Assembly: GCA_044892525.1 (NCBI GenBank)
Contig: CM097885.1
Span: 73,842,001-73,906,000, forward strand
Direction: 5' to 3'
Source of the DNA: Schmidtea polychroa
Lineage: Eukaryota
DNA: 64,000 nucleotides
Positions 53,701 to 64,000 of this stretch are shown piece by piece. Each line of letters opens with the position of its first letter. Within the stretch, counting starts at the first letter, position 1. The translations under genes were made by a program, and so were the position numbers. The notes beneath the pieces are model-generated. The model was not told the origin of the DNA. It was given only the letters and a program-made list of their open reading frames with translations, and did not search any database.

Positions 53701-55248
53701 AAAAATTAACGGGAAATCGATAGCTTTCTGATTTTTAGTGGTGTGTTAAAGAGTTAATTAGAAAAAAGTCTAAATGGAATTTATTTACAAATGTTGGGGT
53801 TGCATAACAGTGTACAAATAAAATTTAAATGCAAAGCGTTTAAAATTCAAAATTTAATTTAAAAATCAGAAAAACCAAAATTAAAATCGAAAATCAATAT
53901 TCTCCATAGGAAAAGGTATGAGCAGATAGCCAATAAAAAGTTAAAGAGGAATTTAATAATTAAAAATTCACGAGGGTTACTTGACAACGATATTACGAAA
54001 ATACAAACTAATTAATTAATTAATTAAAATTTTCCACAAAGAAATTTCTTCAAGTCTACTGGAATTAATATATTGGAATTTTGTGATAACGAAAGAAACT
54101 TTATTATTTGCTGGGTTGTCTATTTTAATCGAAAGAACGCACTGAGTCAGGTAAAGTTGAATCCTACCAGAACATTTATTTATAAAACCAAACACAAGTA
54201 TAAAACGGCTCCATTATCAATATTTAGTCAAAACACAAAATTTTTGGTATTGTTAATAAGATATCGTTAACTTTAAACGTATCTTGAAAAGAAACTTCTT
54301 AAGTTCCCTACATTGAATTAGAAAACTTAGAAATACACTTTCAGAATACAAAATTTCGAAAACATATTTTGATCAGTAAGATGAATGTAGCCAGAAAATA
54401 TTATTTTTGAACTGAAAATAAAATTCAAAAAGCGACTAAGACTTCTTTCTTTCAAAGATTCGGCCTCGCATAAAAATACTGTGTTCCTAACAAACGATAC
54501 ATATATTACGTTAAATGACTTTAATTCTTTATTATATATATTTTTAGTTAACGTATGCCTATTTTTTTATTTGAATTTAGTAAAGTTTTATTATTTATAA
54601 AAAAACAAATAAAAAAAAATCGCGTCAATTTAAGTTACACTGTTTCCAAATTGAATTTGCTATAAACAGATACACTCTGACAGTCACAATCACGTGATAT
54701 TTTTGTGAGTTTACAGAGGTTGAAAGTATACAAAATCATGACTTAATATTGTGTTATTCAATTTGTGATTTTTATGAAAGCGAATAAATTCGGATGTAAT
54801 AATCTCGTGAATTTGATTGCATATTACTAATAAGTGTATCACTAATGTATCGGGTGGTGTACACATTTTTTTGATTATAGTAGATTGAATTTGGAAATGG
54901 TGCAACACGTGAAATTTTAGTCAAACAAGCTATTGAGTTTTGGTACTCCACATAATTTAACAAGTTCGAAAATTGTACGGCGAAATAAAAGACTGTTAAA
55001 AAATTGAGTTAATGTTTATAATAATTAATATTATATTAATTAAACCTTTTATATATCCATTATAATATACTTCATATATTTTCCATTGTAAATTAATGAT
55101 GAATAGGTATGCATTTAGATGCCAAAATTTTATTAAATTCTTTTTTTGAATAATTCATATTCATTGAATAATAAATAAGTAATTTATTCACTTTTAATAA
55201 ATAAATTCTCACTCAATGTGAGGCTGTAAATATAATCTTAAAATTATT

Positions 55249-55252
<4 letters not shown>

Positions 55253-55301
<49 letters not shown>
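55253..55301. repeat. (TA)n microsatellite
   Basis: About 24 TA units read directly. Confidence 0.97.
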
Positions 55302-55303
<2 letters not shown>

Positions 55304-55319
55304 TATAGCCAATGTCAAT

Positions 55320-56300
55320 TATCAAACGTCATGGACAATGCCCGGTCAAATTAATCAAATCGCCCATAATAATTATACAAAAAATAACATAAGGAATATC
55401 ATAAATGTTAATTTTGCCATCAACTTAAAAGCTTTTTATACCCTGAATTACTGTTTCTTAAGAGATTGTTGTGAGGGAATGAGTTTCTGTGATTGTAAAC
55501 TGTCAGCAACAACTCGTATTATTATCTCAATTTTACCGATTAAATCGGAGAAATATGTCATTGGTTATGGAAATATTTTCTAAGAAAATTATATTGTTCT
55601 AAATAAAATGTAAATTAGGAATCGCTGAGTTGTTTATTCTCACAAAAAACATTTATTAGAAAGCTCAAAAAAATCGCACTGGACAATTTTAAAAAATCTT
55701 TGTTTATTTATATATTCTTTAACAAAAATTTGTGGATTTATTTCTTCCATAATTTTTACAGTAAATGAAATTGCTGCATTTTTTGCAGAATATTTAAAAT
55801 GTTCATTGGAACTTGGTATATTTCCACTATGCAGATATATTATAAGTGTCATTAAAACTGGATCTATTCTCTCATCCATCTTTTTTTGAAGGAATGTAGC
55901 AACTTTTCTGCTATAGGGGTTTTCATTGGTTGGAGCTTTTGAAACAAAATTTGTAAACTCCTTCAACTGTCAAGATATTTGCATCATTTGTACTCAATTC
56001 AATAACGCCAGTTTCAACTGGTGAAAGAGCATCAACGAGATTTTTTTTTGCACAGTAAATTAAGAAAAAAAATTTTTTAATAAAAATAAAAAATTTTATT
56101 GAATTCATTTTTATTGAGTTTAATTATAAAATAATACAGATATTATAAAGAAATTTTTCTAGCCCTTTTTGTGGTAAATACATCAATCATATCATTGTAG
56201 ACAATTATTCTGTCTGGTCCATCTTCAATTGACGGTATTGCTAATTCAGAAAGTCTTTTCTTTGACATTGTAGACTGTAGATAATTTTCAATTAATTTTA
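55320..56300 (-). mobile_element. Probable hAT transposase relic in a cadherin intron
   Basis: LVDALSPVETGVIELSTNDANIL and RIDPVLMTLIIYLH segments resemble the hAT core; fragmented. Confidence 0.4.
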
Positions 56301-56799
56301 GTTTTCTAGTGTATTTAATATTTGGGGGCCGAGTGCCATTACCATTGTTACAGTTACATAATAATATAATCTATAAACCTAATTAACTCATTTAACATTT
56401 TCTCAATACTATACATTGTTTAATAAATATTCATAGACAATTAGCAGAAATAAATAGTATATATTAAATGAGTGACAATTTTAAGACTTCCCTAAATTTT
56501 ATTAAAAAAAGTTTTCAATTATTAAATAATCTTTTTCAACCTAATCCAAATCTTAGTTAGCTCTGAAATCTTTACAACTAAATATTTTTTCTTTTTTTGC
56601 TTCTGTATTTTAATTACACACTATATGTGTGAAATTTCAATGTTTTATAGGTAAATGAATGTTTCATATTTCCAGAAGACATTAAAAAAGACATTATAGA
56701 CATTATATCAATTTAAATTATTTTGTTGTTATTAGGGACGTTTAAAGGAGATAATTATGATACTTGATAACAATAATGTAGAGTTTAGAAGCTTTTATA

Positions 56800-57000
56800 A
56801 AACTCTTTATTAACTTCACTTTGTATGTATGTTTGAATGTTTGTATGAGCCACGCAAATTTTGCGACGGCAAATTAACCCACTTCCCGTGATAGGATCGA
56901 GCTGAAATTTGGCAGATAGATTAGTCGTCGAGAACAATGAATTCTTTCAAAAATTCAGATCGCAGGTACTATAGATAACTTTTTTGAAAATTTTCAATTT
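56800..57000 (+). mobile_element. Possible Helitron-associated (HINE/DINE-like) fragment
   Basis: CTCTTTATTAACTTCACTTTGTATGTATGTTTG start and GATCGAGCTGAAATTTGGCA internal motif, similar in style to the CTGAAATTTTGCA motif of the element at 13.8 kb; no 3' end found. Confidence 0.35.
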
Positions 57001-57896
57001 TATTATTTTCAAAATTTCTTTCAAAATATTAATGAAATGTTCTTTTCAAAGTAATTTCTTTACTTAGGTGATTTTGTATAATTTTAAATATTTCATAACA
57101 TTGAGCAAGCATTTTGAAATTTTAATTTTGAGAGAATGTAAAAGAGTGAGATATAGAAAGTTTTATAAACTTTGTTTTTACGGTTGGTTTTTTATAATTT
57201 TTTTTTATAATTGGTTTTATATGGTTAAATCCAATATGCGTATTTTTTTCATTTGTCTAAATAATTATTATTTATAGAGTAATTCGAGGGATTTATGGTC
57301 ATGACCTAACATCATTTTTAGCATAATTTGTGAATTCATTCAGATTGATGATATAACAAATTAGGTTTTAACAGTAACTTATGTAGTTTGGTTGGTTGAA
57401 GTTATTATGTTAACTTTTTATTCCATCATCAGCTTAATGGTATTTCCAGTTAATTCTATGATTACCTGAGGTTTTACAGGTAATACGTACACAAAACACA
57501 TTTTTTAAATTATTAAATTTAATTGCCTATTAACTAAGTTTGCTAATTAATTTCTATAGAACTTGAATTGAATAGGGGTTTGATTAATTTAACATTGAAT
57601 ATCTTTCTTTTTTGTTTTCTAGGGATCAGAGATTTCTAGGAAATTTTTATAAATACTCTATCCATCCGTTTAATTCCACTAAGGGTTAGTAATCAGTTCA
57701 TACATTTAGAGAATATCTATTTTCATTAAAATACAAGTAAAAGCATAGATCTTTTAGCTCTGTTTATGCTAGCGCTCTCTTCCTAGGAGGTCAACTTGAT
57801 TGTGAATATTTGTTTTTATGATATCTAATATAACAAGCTAAATTCATTTGGCATATCTTTGACAAAGATTAGAAATAATGTTCAATTCCATTTCAG

Positions 57897-58772
57897 GTAT
57901 TCCTAAATATCGAAGATTGTAATGATAATCGACCCGTATTTGCCAATGAAACATTTATATTCCATGCTCCAGAAAATACGACATATGGGCAACGGATCTA
58001 CGTTGGTACTGTACAAGCACATGACAAGGATCTTGATTCGATGCTTGACTATATTTGGATTAACGGGATTCCTGAATTTTCTATAGACAAGACTTCAGGT
58101 ATATGTCAAGATACGTACTGAAAATTTACCTCATGCAACATATTAAGGTATAATAACAACTACAGGAATTCCACTGGATCATGAATCTGTTCCATATTTT
58201 ATCGGGAAAATCCAAGTGTCAGATGGAACGTTTACGTCAACGGCTAGCATTATCATTTTAATTGATGACGCCAATGACCAATGTCATAACTTTACAAATA
58301 ATCGTTATCATTTCCAGATTCAGGAAAATGCTCCAATTCATACGGTTATTGGTAAAGTTACTTTGACAAATTCTTCCACAAATAGAAATTTCGTCATCAA
58401 GTTTACCATAATTAGCGAATGGGGAAAACATTTATTTTCCGTCAATCCTGACCACGGGATTATTACGACTCAAGTAGAAATTGACTATGAACAGGTATTT
58501 ATTTTTATAATTAATTCACTAATATTGTACTCTAAAATTAATTATTTAGGAAGATCACTACATACTTCTTATTACGGCCACAGATGTCAGCCAGCAGTCT
58601 CTTTTCCTGCCATGCCCCGAGACAGTCACGACTACTGTGCTTGTTTCTATTGTCGATATCAATGACAATATTCCCGTGTTTGATAACGCACGGCTATCCG
58701 TATCCATTCCAGAAAATGTTCCTATTAATTCTGAAATTATTCAATTATTAGCTACTGATGCCGATAAATCCG
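57897..58772 (+). CDS. Cadherin gene exons 57897-58098, 58148-58494, 58550-58772 (gene continues, end not found)
   Basis: In-phase splicing gives VFLNIEDCNDNRPVF..AHDKD..DKTSGIITT..LDHE..DDANDQ..IDYEQEDHYILLITATD..VDINDNIPVF..ATDADKSG; introns of 49 bp (AAG acceptor) and 55 bp. Confidence 0.9.
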
Positions 58773-58867
58773 GTAAATTTAATCAATATTACCATGATTA
58801 ATCATAATAATGATAATAATAATAATAATAATAATAAACAATAACAACATCAATATTATACAAGTAA

Positions 58868-58986
58868 ATGATAAAATAAGCATTTTGCTGCAAATTATAT
58901 ATTGAATGAAAGAATTTGGGATTATCTGATAATCGAAACTTTTTTCATTCAATATATAATTTGCTGCAAAATGCTTATTTTATCAT
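58868..58986. repeat. 119-bp near-perfect inverted repeat between (AAT)n tracts
   Basis: 44-bp arms with one mismatch; (AAT)n at ~58805-58850 and ~59030-59103. Confidence 0.9.
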
Positions 58987-59037
58987 ATGTTTTAATTTAT
59001 ACTTCTACCAAGAAACCATCATTTAAATAATAAAATA

Positions 59038-59102
<65 letters not shown>

Positions 59103-62100
59103 TAGAAAATAAATAATTGAAATAATCGGGTAAAATAATTATTTACAATACTGTCTGTAATAATAAATGATGGATGCTGAGAAATCCGCTATGATAAATA
59201 AAGTAGAGAAAGTGATATCCGAATTATAAAAATCAAATAGCGTTTCCCAATTTTGTCATTGTTATATTCATTATGAGATTGGTCTACTAAATGGATCCTA
59301 TATGCAGCTATTGTGTTATGATAAATATCTTTATTCAATACCTCAATAGCAACACTTACACTAGTGCCTCTATTCAACAACAGAATTAGTCAAACGTAAA
59401 TGTCAATCTACAGCGATTCCAAGCGAGCTTCATATTTAATATGGGCCTATGTGATAAATATATGTATATTCATATGTAGATCGCCGTATCAGAATTTCAC
59501 GATCTCATACTTCAAATGTATTTTATATTCATATTATTCGACTTTTATTATTTTGGTTTGCTTCGAGTGCAGTCGAGCGAATGGGGTGGAGGGGGCAAGC
59601 TGTACAGCGATTTGTGCGTTGATTTGTGTGGCACATGAATCATAGAAATATTTGGAATGAGCAAGTATCATTAATGCTGCTAATATGTCTACTAAATTTA
59701 GAACGATGTCTATGAATGCTGCTGTATAATGAATATGCGAATCCACTCAACTAGAAAGTTCAACAGAAATCAATAATTAATAAATTCATAAACAAGTGTT
59801 TTAATATTCATAAAATCAAATAATAAAATCATAATTTATAAAATTATAATAAAATTTGATTCATTGACATGCGTATATGTTGAGTGAATTCTATGAACTT
59901 GNNNNNNNNNNNNNNNNNNNNNNNNNNNNNNNNNNNNNNNNNNNNNNNNNNNNNNNNNNNNNNNNNNNNNNNNNNNNNNNNNNNNNNNNNNNNNNNNNNN
60001 NNNNNNNNNNNNNNNNNNNNNNNNNNNNNNNNNNNNNNNNNNNNNNNNNNNNNNNNNNNNNNNNNNNNNNNNNNNNNNNNNNNNNNNNNNNNNNNNNNNN
60101 NATAATATTTTTGTGAAATCTTTAATCTCCTAAAATACATGGAAATTTCATTCAGGCTCATGCTATCAAGTGTTCTTGTTTTATCTTTCTACTACAGAAA
60201 TGTTTTCAAACGATGGAAAATCTGTTTTTACTTCAGTGAGCATAGATTGAAAAAGAAAGAATAACAACCTATCATATACTGTTCAGAGTTGTAAAATGTA
60301 AAGATAAAAGCAGTTGAGAATTTCACTTCAAAAACGTAAATCCATTCACATTAAATAGAAATAATTCTACAGGCTTTGCGTACGAGTGCGTTCGAGTTTC
60401 AGTTGTGAGTAAATAGGAAATAATTTCCCCCACAAGATATCTCTCCTCACACATTGGTTAAATACTCACTCACAAATCTTGCCAAACAAGTTCACAGTTG
60501 ATAAAATTACTTAGTTTAATTTCTCAACAAATTTACTTATTAATTGTTACATTGAATGACTGTGGATAAATCATATTATCCCAATTACATTTTAATCTTC
60601 TAAATACTCCTCATCATCTNNNNNNNNNNNNNNNNNNNNNNNNNNNNNNNNNNNNNNNNNNNNNNNNNNNNNNNNNNNNNNNNNNNNNNNNNNNNNNNNN
60701 NNNNNNNNNNNNNNNNNNNNNNNNNNNNNNNNNNNNNNNNNNNNNNNNNNNNNNNNNNNNNNNNNNNNNNNNNNNTTGTTCTGAGTCATTTGATGAAAGA
60801 AAGTGAAGGAAAATGATAGGAAATCAACGAATTATATCTATAAAAAGTATATATTGATTCAACCCATTAGACTTGGGAAAATTTAGTATTGAAAGCAGCT
60901 GCGTTTGGTTACCTGGAATTGAGAAAGAAATGGTTATTTCTTTCTCTCTTATCGAATGTGATTTTTTTCTAAATTTTCCTAAAGCCGCTTCCTGGACTCG
61001 GTTGCAATTGTTTATTTTCTTCAAAACTTGTAATAGTATCGAGTTACTTTAAAATTAGGCTACTTCTTTCTATTGCAATAGGGAAAACAGTCCGGTAGAT
61101 GAGTGAGCAGAGTATCTGTAGTTTGAGGAAACATTGATAAACTGCTACTGTTCTCTGAGAGTCGTCGATATGAATTATTTTTTAAGGAGCAACTAATGTT
61201 TTCTATTGTAGAAAATCAATTAAATGAACCACTATAAGTAGCCCAAATGTTCCTTGGAATGCCATCATGATAATTTAGTACAATTTCATTATTGATAGAC
61301 TGACTGGTCAAATTATATAACAATCAGTCATACCGAGTAGCTGTAATCAGATTCTGATGTATTTGTTAAGGATGGGTAACATTAACATTCTTCAAACTGT
61401 ATCATGCAATCATTAGCATTTGATAGATGGGAGAATTTATATAGATTTGTGTATACCCCGCAAGTTATTTTCACTGACATATTAAGTATAATGCATTAAA
61501 TGTTCGAAAAATGTATAAAAATATATTTTAATATAATGTATAAAATAGACAATTTCGGTTTATATAATGTTTTTTGTACCATATAAAATATCAAATCAAG
61601 CATCAAATATTTAGCCATTCCCACAATTAGTGTTTACACCTAACTAGGGTTTGCGATCCCGGAATCCCCTATAAATTACCGAAAAAAAATTGGGGTTTTC
61701 ATTCATTTTTAAAGTAAAAAATGTTAATGAAGAATTTTTAAAATATAAAAATTAGGAATTTCTGGACAAATTATAGAAATATTACTCAGTATTATAAACA
61801 GCTAGAGAATTTTATTACAAGTAGATTCATTTCCAGAATTTTAATTTTAAAATTTTAAAATTTAAAAAGTGAAAAAATGATATTTTAAAAATGAAAACTT
61901 AAAATTTAAATTATAAAAAATAATTATAAATTTAAATTTTTAAAAAAAGAAACACATAATTCTGGGTCTGGTGAGTAGGTAGTTATGTGCACTCCAGATC
62001 TAGATACATCCCTTTTTTAAAAAATTTTATAGAGACCCATAATTTTTTTAAAGACCCCCATACTTTTTTTAAAAATTTTTGGATACCCCTACTTTTTATT

Positions 62101-64000
62101 TTTTTTGTTTTAATTAATGGTTACGTAATAATTTTAATTTCTGTCTTGATAACCAATTACGTAATAATTATAATCTTGGGTAAATCATTGATTACATAAT
62201 AATTTTTTTGTTTAAATCATTGATGACGCCATCAATTTTTTTATTAGAATTTTTATGTCAATATACTTGAAATTAAATTCTCTATTAAATGAGACTATGA
62301 CGTAATCAAAATTGTGAAATTTCATTTTTAGTGCACCATTTTTGAATTTACACATCTTTTTAAACTACTATACATCTTTCTCATCCATTTTATAACCGTA
62401 TTTTGAAATATTTACAAACCAACATGTTTTAATTACAAAAATAGTTATCACTAAATCGAGTAAGGATAGCAAATTATTTAGAATCAATAAGTAACACACA
62501 GACCTTAGTGTAATAAATGTTAATACATATTACAATAAATCCACTCACATGCGTATACATATATTAAAACACGCAATTATTAACATTATTTCATACACAC
62601 GCACAAATTGTAAAATATTTAAGCAAATTGTAACAAGATTATAAAAATATTGCAGCAAAGTAATAACATACCGATGACAAGTTAACTATATGTGTTAGCA
62701 TTACGCAAAACTGTTCATTTTATTTGGGATATGTGAGAATTTTATATCAGTGTATTAAATATTTATATCAATTCGAATTTCTATTTGTCACAGTAAATAT
62801 TATTTTAAATAAAATTTCTCTCGGTTTTATGAACTTAAAAATAAATTATTATTGAAAATAATAAATCTTATTGATAAATATATTATTATTTAAGTTTGTT
62901 CATTTCTCAACTGTGTTTCTCAATATTCTATAAATTGATAATCTGTTAATGCACTAATAAAACCTACTAATTTCTGCAACTAATTCATAATTAATTCGAA
63001 TAACCTGTTAATTTAGAATTCTAAAATTTAATAAAACTTATGATTTTTATAGCTTTAATATTATTATTTAAAAAAAACATAATTTAAAAACTTTGTAAGT
63101 TTAATTTTAATCCATTTTAAAAAATTAAGATTTCTAGTTATAATAAATGAAGTTTTTATAATTTTTGAAAATAATGAATGAGAATAATTATCAACTCAAA
63201 CAATATATAGATAGAATTTAAAACTCTACAAAATGACATTATTATTTATTCATACTCAAAACACCTAAACCAATGCCTTTTTCAGCCAACTTTTACATAC
63301 ACATTTAAAAAATATAAATCATTAATCTATACTTAAGAAAACCTATTCTCATACTAAAACTAAACATTTATTAAAATTCTGAGAAATGATATGACCTAAT
63401 CTATAGAAATTCATCAACAATTAAGGGTAAAATTTTAAGGAATTATATGTCAATTTTGAGTTTAACAAGTTTTTTGAGCTTAAAGCATATATATATATTT
63501 TGCACTGAAAATGTGCGTTTTATTAGGGTTAGTATATAATTTTAAAATAAAAATTTAATTATCACATGTAAAATTTTAAACCCGCATACTACTTTTATAA
63601 TTATTAATAATTATTTAAACGATAAAAATCAAGACAAGAGAGGACAAGGCGAAGTTTATGCATTTAGTATTGCCAGGCCTAATGAGAAGTGACCAAATAT
63701 CTGTACCTGAAAGACAGGGTGGATATTTGTTCGCGTCCAAAAGGGTCGTCTGTGCTTCCCCCAAGTGGGGTCACAATTGTTGAATCGGTCATTAAAAAGT
63801 TAGAAAAATTGTTCTGATGTTTAAAAGATTACAAACAAAATCGAGAAATATTTACAAAAATATGAAAGATCAAAAAATGTTTTTTAAACACTACGGAGAA
63901 ACTCACAACAACATTCTGACATTAGTCAACACATTTTTTCAGCTTTAGTCCTTAAAATTAAAGAGAAGAGAACTCAATTAAGCAGTTATAACAATGGTCA

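Noticed and set aside
59130-59760. Short ORFs after the last identified cadherin exon
   Set aside because: No cadherin motifs or in-phase splice pair; no family recognised.
26795-60789. ORF-track entries containing long X runs
   Set aside because: Artefacts of N gaps (26828-27145, 46637-46796, 47559-47818, 51653-51860, 59902-60101, 60620-60775).

Overview
AT-rich eukaryotic (animal) draft-assembly DNA with six N gaps, very short introns (39-112 bp) alongside multi-kb introns, and (ATT/AAT)n and (TA)n microsatellites; invertebrate-like (flatworm-like is a guess, not determinable here). Host genes: NOA36/ZNF330 (-, 3 exons) and RRP36 (+, 3 exons) arranged head-to-head; exons of a PAN/Apple-domain gene (-) and of a signal-peptide/TSP1-domain gene (-); and the 5' part of a giant Dachsous-like cadherin gene (+) with a 4.7-kb first coding exon. 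The rest is mobile DNA: one apparently intact hATm-type transposon (TIRs, 8-bp TSD, ~740-aa ORF), Ty3/Gypsy remnants, hAT and piggyBac relics, Maverick/Polinton remnants with a tiny AGTAGT-terminated foldback, Helitron-type elements and several MITEs with perfect TSDs. The most unusual feature is a pair of diverged, mirror-oriented composite retroelement relics flanking NOA36, each with a Penelope-like RT relic, two antisense orphan ORFs, a conserved non-coding motif and the start of an RTE-type APE endonuclease. All calls are by-eye translation and motif recognition; no database searches were run.
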